Source of the DNA: Candidatus Multivoradales bacterium
Lineage (GTDB): Bacteria > Acidobacteriota > Thermoanaerobaculia > Multivoradales > JAHEKO01
DNA: 64,000 nucleotides
Direction of reading: 5' to 3'
Assembly: GCA_965223155.1 (NCBI GenBank)
Contig: CBDCVR010000015.1
Coordinates: 384,001-448,000, forward strand
A model generated the notes under the pieces. That model saw only the letters and a program-made list of their open reading frames with translations, had not been told where the DNA came from and did not search any database. The position numbers were made by a program, and so were the translations under genes. Positions 18,453-27,148 of the stretch are shown in pieces (the first letter of the stretch is position 1; each line of letters begins with the position of its first letter).

Positions 18453-20114
18453 CGGCGACTCGCCGGCCTCCGACCGCTTGAACAGGAGATAGCGGCGATG
18501 GCCCGGGAACTCCCGGAGCACCCGGTAGCCATACGTCCGCACCTCCGGATCGTGGCCGGCGAGGGTCAGCACAAGGTCCGGCCGGTACCGCTCGAGAACT
18601 TCGCCGAGCGGCGTGAAACGGACCCCGTCCAAATAGCGAAGACCGGGCGTGATCAGGCCCGCGCGGTCCACGATTCGTAGCGACGTCTCGTAGCCCAAGA
18701 CACCGATCGACGGATGGAGCAGGCTGGTTTCGGGACCATACCGGGCATCCAGCCAGTCCGCGATTCGGAAGAAGTCCTGGGTCGCGGGATCCAACCGGTA
18801 GCGGTGGCCGCTCGAGCGGTGCACGCCGACCAGCAGAGGAATGGTAATCAGGCTCAAGAGGACCGAAGCCGTGGCCCGTTGAACCGGGCCGCGAAGAGCG
18901 CCCCAGGAGCCGGTCCTCGCGGCCAACCGGGAGGAAACCGTCACCACCCCATGGACGCCGGCCGCGAGCACCAGCCAGAGGAACGGATTGAGGATGTAGT
19001 AGTGCCAGGTAAAGGCAGAGTCGGCTCCGATCCAGGCATAGGCCAGGAGGTGGACGAGCGGATAGGCGAGCACCACCACGAAGCGCCGATCCTTGCGCAG
19101 GAGAAGGACGACACCGGCCAGGGCGACCAGTCCCAACCACCAGGCCAAGACGTCCTGGCCGACGGGCGAATCGGTGAACCGGGCGAGGACGGCCTCGAGG
19201 GTGCGCTTGTAGTAGACGGCGACCCGATAGAGATAGGTCCCGGTGTCCAGGAAGCCCTGCTTGGCACGCAGTGTTTGGGGCGCCATCGAGCCGAAGTAGG
19301 ACTGCGCAAAGACCAGCCACGGCAGGGCGCAGGCCGTGAACGCCGCCGTCAGCTTCCCGGGCCACTTGCGCTCCTTGACCAGGAAGCCCAAGCCGATGAC
19401 GCCCGCCAGGATGGCGGCGTCAGGGCGCACCAAGAAGGCGATGCCCAGGACCCAACCCGCGGCAAGCTGACGATCCAGGAGAAACCACGAGCAGGCAAGA
19501 AGCGCCAGGAAGGCGAACAGGTGGACCTCCATTCCCAGATAGAGGTAGCTCGAGTTGTAGTTGCCGAGAGCCAGCGCGCCGGCCAAAGCTCCGGCCGCCC
19601 AGCCGCCGTGCCTGCGCGCCAGGAGCGCGACTACCAGAACCTCGAGTCCCAGGACGACGACGCCGGCAACATTGAGCCAAGACACCGCCGCGTCCCCGGC
19701 AACTCGAAGCAAGCCTGCGGCCAGGAAGGTCTGGCCCGGGGTGGTCACCCCGAGCACGCGCTCGCCCGGGTTGAAGACGAAGCCCGCGCCCTCGACCAGG
19801 TTGCGCGCGTAGCGCAGGACGATGAGCGAGTCTTCAAAGCGCAGGTGGACCGCGATATTGGACGCGATCCGCACCAGAAAGGGCAACACCGCGGCGAGAA
19901 CCAGAATCCCGAAGAGGGAATCCCTCCCAAGCCCGAGCGGCCGGTTCCGCCCGTCCAGCCGGTTCCCCGACAGGCTTCCCGGAAGGTTTCTCCGGCGTCT
20001 CCAAGCAGGCTCTGAATCGTCGCCCGGACCCCGGTCCGCCGAGCCGATCTCTCGACCGATTCCGGCGCGCGATTCCCGTCCGTTCGAGCTCTTCGATAGC
20101 GGCATCAGGCCCAT
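18402..20114 (-). CDS. GT-C-like polytopic membrane protein (arabinofuranosyltransferase-like motif)
   Basis: FEDSLIVLRYARNLVEGAGFVFNPGERVLGVTTP, GME, RPDA, about 10 TM segments, IVDRAGLITP. Confidence 0.75.
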   Translation of the reverse strand: MGLMPLSKSSNGRESRAGIGREIGSADRGPGDDSEPAWRRRRNLPGSLSGNRLDGRNRPLGLGRDSLFGILVLAAVLPFLVRIASNIAVHLRFEDSLIVLRYARNLVEGAGFVFNPGERVLGVTTPGQTFLAAGLLRVAGDAAVSWLNVAGVVVLGLEVLVVALLARRHGGWAAGALAGALALGNYNSSYLYLGMEVHLFAFLALLACSWFLLDRQLAAGWVLGIAFLVRPDAAILAGVIGLGFLVKERKWPGKLTAAFTACALPWLVFAQSYFGSMAPQTLRAKQGFLDTGTYLYRVAVYYKRTLEAVLARFTDSPVGQDVLAWWLGLVALAGVVLLLRKDRRFVVVLAYPLVHLLAYAWIGADSAFTWHYYILNPFLWLVLAAGVHGVVTVSSRLAARTGSWGALRGPVQRATASVLLSLITIPLLVGVHRSSGHRYRLDPATQDFFRIADWLDARYGPETSLLHPSIGVLGYETSLRIVDRAGLITPGLRYLDGVRFTPLGEVLERYRPDLVLTLAGHDPEVRTYGYRVLREFPGHRRYLLFKRSEAGESPSDLIEAGVDGGKLVRP

Positions 20115-20137
20115 CCCGCCGATGCTACGATTCTCGA
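20115..20137. promoter_or_regulatory. Bidirectional overlapping -10 elements for two leaderless genes
   Basis: Plus strand TGcTACGAT-6 nt-ATG 20138; minus strand TAGCAT-7 nt-ATG 20114; no Shine-Dalgarno on either side. Confidence 0.55.
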
Positions 20138-21262
20138 ATGCCCCGGCCGCTGACGGTCCTTCTCGACGTCACCTCTCGCTGCAATCTGAAGTGCGTGATG
20201 TGCTATTTCTCGGCCGTCGATCGCCTGTCCTTCCCGCCCGCCGATCGCCCCATGGACCGGAACGGCGACATGTCCGTCGCGACCTTCGAGCGCATCGCGG
20301 CCGATCTCTTTCCGCGCGCGCGCAGGGCCTCGTTGGGCTGCACCGCCGAGCCCCTGATTCATCCCGACTTCGCCGAGCTGGTCGCTTGCGCGGGCCGGCA
20401 CCACGTTCCGGATCTCTGGTTCCCGACCAACCTGCTGCCGCTTACCGAAGCAAAAGCCCGGGCCATCGTCAGGGCGCGAGTGCGCACGGTCGGCGTGTCC
20501 GCGGACGGTTTCACGGCCGAAACCTACGAGACGATCCGCGTGGGGTCAACGTGGACCGGCTTTGTGGAGCGATTGGAGCTGCTGCGAGAGGTCTCGGCGA
20601 AGAGCCGAACGCTCGGCGGCCGGGCGCCGAGACTGCGCTTCATCTTCACCTGGATGCGCTCGAACCGGGACCAGCTCCGTCTCCTGCCCGAGTTTGCCGA
20701 ACGGCACGGCGCCGGCGAGATCGACGTCCGCTATGTCTGCCCGACCGTGGGCGTCGACAACAGCGGCGAGCTCCTGACCGACGAGGACCCCGTCGAGCTG
20801 AATGGGGAGCTCGCCGCCACCGCCCGCGAGGCGGTCGCCCGCGGCCTGACCTTGAGCTCCTACCCGGAGTTCGAAGACTCCGCATCTGGCAACCGAACCC
20901 TGGGCGGCCGCGTCCGGCGCCGCCTCTTCCGGCTTCGGGCCGGACTCGACCGGCCGGAGTACTGGCGTCATCGAAGACTCGAGCGCCGCCACGGTTGTGC
21001 CTACCCGGGCACGACCTTCGTCGTGCGCCCGAACGGCGCCGTATTTCCCTGTCAGTACTGGCGAGACGGCCCGATCGGCCTGGTCCCGGACTCCGATCTC
21101 GAGGGGCTGATGCGCTCCGAGCCGCTGGTGCGGATCCGCGACGGGCTGGCGCGAGGCCGACCGGTCGGAAGCTGTAGCAATTGCAACGCCCGCCGCGACG
21201 CGTTCTACCGGCCGTTCACCAGTCCCGAGCCAAACCCGGCGTCGAGCTCGAACCGAGGCTAG
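20138..21262 (+). CDS. Radical SAM protein with SPASM/twitch domain
   Basis: CNLKCVMC (CxxxCxxC); C-terminal CAYP...RPNGAVFPC...CSNC. Confidence 0.9.
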   Translation: MPRPLTVLLDVTSRCNLKCVMCYFSAVDRLSFPPADRPMDRNGDMSVATFERIAADLFPRARRASLGCTAEPLIHPDFAELVACAGRHHVPDLWFPTNLLPLTEAKARAIVRARVRTVGVSADGFTAETYETIRVGSTWTGFVERLELLREVSAKSRTLGGRAPRLRFIFTWMRSNRDQLRLLPEFAERHGAGEIDVRYVCPTVGVDNSGELLTDEDPVELNGELAATAREAVARGLTLSSYPEFEDSASGNRTLGGRVRRRLFRLRAGLDRPEYWRHRRLERRHGCAYPGTTFVVRPNGAVFPCQYWRDGPIGLVPDSDLEGLMRSEPLVRIRDGLARGRPVGSCSNCNARRDAFYRPFTSPEPNPASSSNRG

Positions 21263-22449
21263 GGCTCGAGCGCCGCCAGTAGATCGGAGCACACGGCCTC
21301 CGGAGCCACTCGCGGACGCCACTGTTCGGCAATGCGGCGGGCGTCGCGCCGGCCGGACCGCCACGCGGCGAGCTCCGCCTCCAGAGCACGAGCCAGGCTC
21401 CCCGGCCGCCGGGCGGGTGCGATCGTCCCAAAGCCCTGCCGGCCGCACCAGTCGGCAAGGCAAGGCAACGCCGGTCCGACCAGCGATGCCCCCATGGCCA
21501 AGGCTTCGAAGCCGACGTGTGGGCTCCCCTCCCGACGCGAAGAGACCAGGACGGTGCGGCAAGCCGCCAGCTCCGGGGCCAGCTCGGTCGCGCCGGTGGG
21601 GCCCCGAAACGACACTCGGGAGTCCTCGCGCGCCAGGCGCTCGATCGCCGGGTGCGGGGTTCCGAAGACGACGGCTTTGGTTCCGCACGGGTCGCGTGCC
21701 AGAAACCGGCGCAGAGCTCCCGCCAGAAGCGGAGCGTCCTTTTGCGGGTCGTGCCAGCGGCCCACCGCGGCCACCCGGTCGGCCTTGGCTTCGGGAACCG
21801 GCGTGACGAGAAACGGCTGGGCCACTGCGAACGGCACGATCCGGACCCGCCGGTCCAGGTCCAACCTGCCGTATGAGGACAAGAAGCGCGAGAACTCGCG
21901 GGCGGCGCCGGCGTTACCCAGGATGATGGCGTCGGACTCGGCCGCGCTGGCGAGGTATTCCCGATCGTCCGGCGCTCCGCGCAAACTCTCGATGGCCCAG
22001 CGCCTGAGCCAGGCGGCAAAGCGGCGAGCCTTCGTCGGTATCGAACCGACGTCCAAAGATCGCTCGAGCGTCGCCAGCGGATGGCTGCGGAGCCCGATCC
22101 TGCCGTCGGAATCAGCAATCGAGATCGTGCGCGCCCCGCCCCGCCGGGCCGCGGCCAGCATGCCCGACATCCGGTGCCAGGTGACCGCCGCCACTACATC
22201 CACCCCGAGGTCACGCCAGTATCCGGGATTCTCGAGCGCCGCCGGCGACCTGACGCTCCGCACTGGCAGGCACTCGGTGCCGGACGAGGCGTCGGAGGTA
22301 GGCGAGCCCGCGGCAGAGGCCTCCGAACAGACGATCCAAGGCTCCCACCCGAGGGCCCGGAAGCCCTCGACGTAGCGCTCGAACCGAAACGAGCACTGGC
22401 TCAGAGTCGACGGATGATTCCAGACGATCGCGATCCGCGGTTGCGTCAT
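21259..22449 (-). CDS. Glycosyltransferase family 4
   Basis: Start re-called to ATG 22449. AVGRWHDPQKD and SSRREGSPHVGFEALAMG (E-x7-E motif). Confidence 0.85.
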   Translation of the reverse strand: MTQPRIAIVWNHPSTLSQCSFRFERYVEGFRALGWEPWIVCSEASAAGSPTSDASSGTECLPVRSVRSPAALENPGYWRDLGVDVVAAVTWHRMSGMLAAARRGGARTISIADSDGRIGLRSHPLATLERSLDVGSIPTKARRFAAWLRRWAIESLRGAPDDREYLASAAESDAIILGNAGAAREFSRFLSSYGRLDLDRRVRIVPFAVAQPFLVTPVPEAKADRVAAVGRWHDPQKDAPLLAGALRRFLARDPCGTKAVVFGTPHPAIERLAREDSRVSFRGPTGATELAPELAACRTVLVSSRREGSPHVGFEALAMGASLVGPALPCLADWCGRQGFGTIAPARRPGSLARALEAELAAWRSGRRDARRIAEQWRPRVAPEAVCSDLLAALEP

Positions 22450-23462
22450 CGGGAAGCTGGCCCCGGCGCGGCTGGCGGCGCATGGGAACGGACGAGATCG
22501 GCCGGCAGCCGCCAAGACGAAACGGCACCCACGAGAACCGAGGCGAGCCCGCGCACGGCCTCGGCGCGATCCGGAGCCCGGCTCGGCTTCTTGAGCGGCA
22601 CCAGCATGATGCGCCCGGCCGCGGCCGCCGTCAGAACCGCTCGAAGCAGTCCAGCCAGCCACGCGCCGAAGTGCTTCCTCGCGTACCGATCCAAGTTGCG
22701 GTAGTAGATCCACAGGAACGATCCGTAGCCGAGCGGCCCCACCGAAGCGCCCAGCTCGTGAAGGAACTCGCTTTCCGGCCAGTAGACGAGCTCCCGGCCG
22801 GCGTCTCGCATCCGTCGCGCCAGATCCACGTCACCGAACCAGGCGGGATAGAAGGAAGGATCCATGCCGCCGAGCCGTTCGAGATCGCGCCGGCGGAGCG
22901 CCAGGGCCGAAGCCGCCGGCTGCTCGACCGGACTCCCCGCTTGAGGCTCGCGCGCGTCCCCGCCCCACGGCACGAACAGGCACTGGCGCAGCAAGTCGCC
23001 GGCCGTGGGCAACCGGCGGAGCTGCCAGGCGGACTGGCAGGAACCGTCCCTCGCCAGAAGCCGCGGTGCCACGCCGGCCGCATCCGGGTGACGCTCGAGG
23101 CCCTCGAGAAGCGCCGGCAGCGACCGGGGCGAGGCCGGCCAGGCGTCGGGGTTGAGCAGCAGGACAACCGGGGCGGTCACGGTGGTGAGCGCGTAGTTGA
23201 CCGCTCCGCCGAAGCCCAGGTTGGCGCCGGGATCGAGAGTTCGGCCAGGGCCCGGCGGCAGGCTGCCGCTCGACCCGTTGTCGACGATCACGAGCTCCCA
23301 GCGGGTGTCCTCCGGCCAGTGCTCGAAAAGACGGGCCAGCTGCGCCTCGTTGTGCCAGTGGACGACCAGCCCGCAAAGCTCGGGCGGATCGCGACGTTCG
23401 GCCGCCGGTTCCGGCCTGATGGCGCTGGCCTCGAGGTCGGACGCGCGGCGTTCGTCGGTCAT
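22446..23462 (-). CDS. Glycosyltransferase family 2
   Basis: IVDNGS, NLGFGGAVN, LLLNPD, GGMDPSFYPAWFGDVDLARR. Confidence 0.87.
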   Translation of the reverse strand: MTDERRASDLEASAIRPEPAAERRDPPELCGLVVHWHNEAQLARLFEHWPEDTRWELVIVDNGSSGSLPPGPGRTLDPGANLGFGGAVNYALTTVTAPVVLLLNPDAWPASPRSLPALLEGLERHPDAAGVAPRLLARDGSCQSAWQLRRLPTAGDLLRQCLFVPWGGDAREPQAGSPVEQPAASALALRRRDLERLGGMDPSFYPAWFGDVDLARRMRDAGRELVYWPESEFLHELGASVGPLGYGSFLWIYYRNLDRYARKHFGAWLAGLLRAVLTAAAAGRIMLVPLKKPSRAPDRAEAVRGLASVLVGAVSSWRLPADLVRSHAPPAAPGPASR

Positions 23463-23537
23463 CGAAGGGCCCCGGCGGCGGCGGGCAGCGTTCGATCGGC
23501 CCCGACCCCGCGGCTGTTAAAGTTAGCATTCCTTTTC

Positions 23538-23565
23538 GCAGCCGGCAGCCGGCAGCCGGCAGCCG
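23538..23565. repeat. Tandem repeat (GCAGCCG)x4 in a divergent intergenic region
   Basis: Four exact 7-bp units read directly from the sequence. Confidence 0.8.
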
Positions 23566-23600
23566 CCGGTAGCCACACTCGATCTTGTCGAAATCCAGGC

Positions 23601-24473
23601 TTGTCGCAATTTAGGATCAGCTCGCCCGGCCGCTCGCAGAGTCCGACGGCCGAACCTTCCACGTCGGTCTACGATTCGCTTGGGCGCCGCAGCCCGTTCT
23701 TCGAAGAGCTCGAGGAGCTGGTCCGCTACTGGGACCTGGTTCAGCTCTGGACCCGACGCAATCTGAATCTGCGCTACAAGCGCTCGGTGCTTGGCGTCCT
23801 CTGGACGCTGCTCGAGCCGCTGATGCAGATGACTATTCTCGCGATCGTCTTCTCGACCGCGTTTCGCTTCCCGGTCTCCAAGTTCCCGATCTATCTGCTG
23901 TCGGGACTCCTCGCTTTCGATTTCTTCAAGCGCTCGACGGTCCAGATCATCGACGAGATCGCCATCAACCAGGATCTCAGCCAAAAGATCCACTTTCCCA
24001 GGAGCGCCTTTGCGGTGGCAGCGATCCTGACCCAATGGACCAACTGGCTGGTCGCCATGGGTCTGCTTGGCGGCCTCATGCTGATTTTCGATCAGCCGTT
24101 TACTCCGGCTCTCCTGACCGTCCCGTTCGGAATGCTTCTGACCGGCCTCTTCGCCTTCGGCGTGGGGCTGATCGTGGCCACCCTGACCGCGTTCTTTCGC
24201 GACTTCAGCCTCTCCTACAACGTGCTCCTGACGGCGTTTCTCTACGCCACGCCGATCATCTACCCGGTCGAGATCGTGCCCGAGCGCTTCTCCTTCGTCT
24301 ACGAGCTGAATCCGATGTACTACCTCTGCAGCGTCGTCCGCTCGCCGATCCATCAGGGCGTCGTGGCGCCCTGGGAGCACTGGGCGATTGCGTTGGCGCT
24401 CTCGGTCTCATTGTGCCTGTTGGGTTGGTGGATCTTTACCAGCCGGAGGGATCTCATTGCCTACCGCGCCTGA
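23601..24473 (+). CDS. wzm: Polysaccharide ABC exporter permease
   Basis: LRYKRSVLGVLWTLLEPL, YLLSGLL, FRD, FLYATPIIYP, LNPM. Start re-called to TTG 23601 (uncertain). Confidence 0.9.
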   Translation: MSQFRISSPGRSQSPTAEPSTSVYDSLGRRSPFFEELEELVRYWDLVQLWTRRNLNLRYKRSVLGVLWTLLEPLMQMTILAIVFSTAFRFPVSKFPIYLLSGLLAFDFFKRSTVQIIDEIAINQDLSQKIHFPRSAFAVAAILTQWTNWLVAMGLLGGLMLIFDQPFTPALLTVPFGMLLTGLFAFGVGLIVATLTAFFRDFSLSYNVLLTAFLYATPIIYPVEIVPERFSFVYELNPMYYLCSVVRSPIHQGVVAPWEHWAIALALSVSLCLLGWWIFTSRRDLIAYRA

Positions 24474-25221
24474 GCTCCAACCCGCCGCCGAGGGCGCGAG
24501 CATCGAGCTTTCGAACGTAGGCGTCAGCTTTCCCGAGCCCACCGAGCGGATCGGGAGCTTCAAGGAGTGGGCTCTGGCCCGGCTTCGCGGGCCGGTGGCG
24601 AAGCGGGAGTTTCCGGCCGTCGATGACGTCAGCTTGACCGTCGAGCGAGGCGAGGTCTTCGGCATCGTCGGCCGCAACGGCGCCGGCAAGAGCACCTTGC
24701 TCAAGGTCATCGCGCGGGTGCTCCATCCGGGCCGGGGACGGGTCGTCATCCGGGGACAGGTCTCGCCGCTCCTGGAGCTGGGCGCCGGCTTTCACGCCGA
24801 GCTCTCCGGGCGCGAGAACGTGTTTCTGAACGGCGCTATCTTGGGCCACTCGCGCGAAGACATCGCCGAGCGCTTCGACGAGATCGTCGAGTGGGCCGGC
24901 ATCGCCCGCTTCATCGACTCACCCCTGCGCACCTATTCGAGCGGCATGGCCGCGCGCCTGGGGTTCTCGATGGCCACCGCCCACCGGCCCGACGTCCTCC
25001 TCTTGGACGAACATCTGTCGGTGGGCGACACCGAGTTCCAGGACCGCTGCAAAGAGCGGCTGCGCGAGTTCAACGAGCAGGGGACGACCGTGGTGGTAGT
25101 CTCTCATTCGCTCCGGACCGTCTCCGAGCTCTGCTCGCGCGCGGCCTGGCTCGAGCATGGCCGCCTGGAGTTCCTCGGGCCCACCGAGAAAGCCCTCGAG
25201 AGATACCTTGAGGGCACCTGA
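24457..25221 (+). CDS. wzt: Polysaccharide ABC exporter ATPase (no C-terminal carbohydrate-binding domain)
   Basis: [37 protein letters not shown]; the protein ends right after the nucleotide-binding domain. Confidence 0.92.
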   Translation: MPTAPELQPAAEGASIELSNVGVSFPEPTERIGSFKEWALARLRGPVAKREFPAVDDVSLTVERGEVFGIVGRNGAGKSTLLKVIARVLHPGRGRVVIRGQVSPLLELGAGFHAELSGRENVFLNGAILGHSREDIAERFDEIVEWAGIARFIDSPLRTYSSGMAARLGFSMATAHRPDVLLLDEHLSVGDTEFQDRCKERLREFNEQGTTVVVVSHSLRTVSELCSRAAWLEHGRLEFLGPTEKALERYLEGT

Positions 25222-25297
25222 TAGGGAGGTTCCGAGTCGAACTTCGGCCGCGAGGCGGACTCGCTTGACGGAAGGGCAAGCTAGACTCAAGAGTCTT

Positions 25298-26194
25298 GTG
25301 AGCATTCGTCGCAAAGGAATCTTGCTCTCCGGAGGCGCCGGCACCCGACTCTATCCGGTCACCATCGCGCTCAGCAAGCAGCTTGTGCCGGTGTACGACA
25401 AGCCGATGGTGTACTACCCGCTGTCGACGCTCATGCTCGCCGGCATTCGCGAGATTCTGGTCATCACCACGCGACGAGACCATTCCGCCTACGTTTCGCT
25501 TCTGGGCGACGGCTCGCAGTGGGGCCTCGAGCTCGAGTACGCGATCCAGGACGAGCCTCGGGGCATTGCCGAAGCTTTCTTGATCGGCGAGTCGTTTCTG
25601 GGCTCGGACCCGGTGGCGCTGATCCTCGGCGACAACATCTTCTACGCTCGCGGCCTGGCAAAGAAGCTCCAGACCGCCGCCCAGAACACGAACGGCGCCA
25701 CGGTTTTCGGTTACTACGTCCGGGATCCGGAACGTTATGGGGTCGTGAGCTTCGACGACGCCGGCCGGGTGACCAAGATCGAGGAGAAACCGCAAGACCC
25801 AGAGTCGCACTACGCGGTAACCGGCCTCTATTTCTACGATTCCGACGTCGTGGACATCGCCCGCGGCCTCGAGCCCTCGTCCAGAGAGGAGCTCGAGATC
25901 ACCGACGTCAATCGACGCTACCTGGAACGAGGAACCCTATCGGTCGAGATTCTGGGCCGGGGCACGGCCTGGCTCGACACCGGCACGCACCACTCGCTCC
26001 TCGACGCCGCCAACTTCGTACGCGTCATCGAAGAGCGCCAGGGCCTCAAGATCGCCTGTCCCGAGGAGATCGCCTACCGCCTCGATCTCATCGACGCCGG
26101 CGCGCTCGAAGAGCTCGCCGCCCGTTACGGCGACTCGGAATACGGCCGCTACCTTCGAGGCGTGCTCGAAGAGGGCACCCGTCCCGGTACCTAG
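25298..26194 (+). CDS. rmlA: Glucose-1-phosphate thymidylyltransferase
   Basis: [54 protein letters not shown]. Confidence 0.96.
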   Translation: MSIRRKGILLSGGAGTRLYPVTIALSKQLVPVYDKPMVYYPLSTLMLAGIREILVITTRRDHSAYVSLLGDGSQWGLELEYAIQDEPRGIAEAFLIGESFLGSDPVALILGDNIFYARGLAKKLQTAAQNTNGATVFGYYVRDPERYGVVSFDDAGRVTKIEEKPQDPESHYAVTGLYFYDSDVVDIARGLEPSSREELEITDVNRRYLERGTLSVEILGRGTAWLDTGTHHSLLDAANFVRVIEERQGLKIACPEEIAYRLDLIDAGALEELAARYGDSEYGRYLRGVLEEGTRPGT

Positions 26195-26214
26195 CAGCCC
26201 TCGGCCGGCTCCCT

Positions 26215-27084
26215 ATGACGACCACCGCGAACACGGGGCGCGGGAACGAAGCGCCGGCAGCGACTCAGCAGGACGGTTCGAGCCGGCCCGAGAGCCCCAC
26301 GCCGCCAAAGGTGACGCTCCTGGGCGTGGACGTGGCCGCCGTCAATCGCACCGAGGCCCTGGCCTGGATTGCGAGGAGCATCGACGCCCGGGAGCGCTCC
26401 TATGTCTGCCTGGTCCCGGCCCACTCGCTGATGGACGCTCGATCCGACGGGGTCTTCCGCGAAGTCCTCAACCGAGCGGGCCTCGCCCTCGCCGATGGAC
26501 AGGGAGTCGCTTGGCCTGCCGGCTGGCTCGCCGGCACCGGTACCGAGCGCGTCTACGGCCCCGATCTGGTCCTCGACTGCTGCCGGCACGGCGTCGGCAA
26601 CGGCTGGCGGCATTTCTTCTACGGCGGGCTTCCGGGCGTGGCGGACTCGTTGGCCGAACGCTTGGCTTCAGTCGCTCCGGGTCTGGCCGTGGCCGGCACC
26701 CGGACGCCCGGCAAACTGGATCGGGGTCGGCGAGAAGAACGCGAGGCCCTTGACCGCATCAACGACACGCGGCCGGACATCGTCTGGGTCGGCCTGGGCG
26801 CCCCCAAGCAAGAGCTTTGGATGGCCGAGCACCGCGCGCACCTAGAGGCGCCGCTCTTGATCGGAGTTGGCGCCGCCTTCGACTTTTTGACCGGACGCAA
26901 GCCCCAGGCGCCCCGCTGGGTCCAGCGGGCCGGCGGCGAGTGGCTGTTCCGCTTCGCCTCGGAGCCGATCCGCCTGTGGCCACGGTACTCCCAGTACCCG
27001 CTCTATGCGGCGCTGGTTCTCAGGCGGCTGGCCGGCTCGGCCTGCGCCGGAGGCGGGCGACGGACTCCTGATCGTCACGCCTGA
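26215..27084 (+). CDS. WecG/TagA/CpsF family (GT26) glycosyltransferase
   Basis: ADGQGV, ERVYGPDL, FFYGG, PDIVWVGLGAPKQELW, GVGAAFDF, APRWVQRAGGEWLFR. Confidence 0.93.
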   Translation: MTTTANTGRGNEAPAATQQDGSSRPESPTPPKVTLLGVDVAAVNRTEALAWIARSIDARERSYVCLVPAHSLMDARSDGVFREVLNRAGLALADGQGVAWPAGWLAGTGTERVYGPDLVLDCCRHGVGNGWRHFFYGGLPGVADSLAERLASVAPGLAVAGTRTPGKLDRGRREEREALDRINDTRPDIVWVGLGAPKQELWMAEHRAHLEAPLLIGVGAAFDFLTGRKPQAPRWVQRAGGEWLFRFASEPIRLWPRYSQYPLYAALVLRRLAGSACAGGGRRTPDRHA

Positions 27085-27148
27085 GCCGTGCCGAACGAGC
27101 GGCCTCGGGACTCACGGCTTCCCGGCCGCAGGCCGGCATGGACTCCGC

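Noticed and set aside
23562-23577. ops/JUMPstart-like GCCGGTAGCC upstream of wzm
   Set aside because: It does not match GGCGGTAGnnTG and is likely a degenerate extra repeat unit.
22482-23600. Apparent long N-terminal extension of Wzm (663-aa ORF)
   Set aside because: It is antisense to a clear GT2 gene, and Wzm similarity begins only after ~23680.
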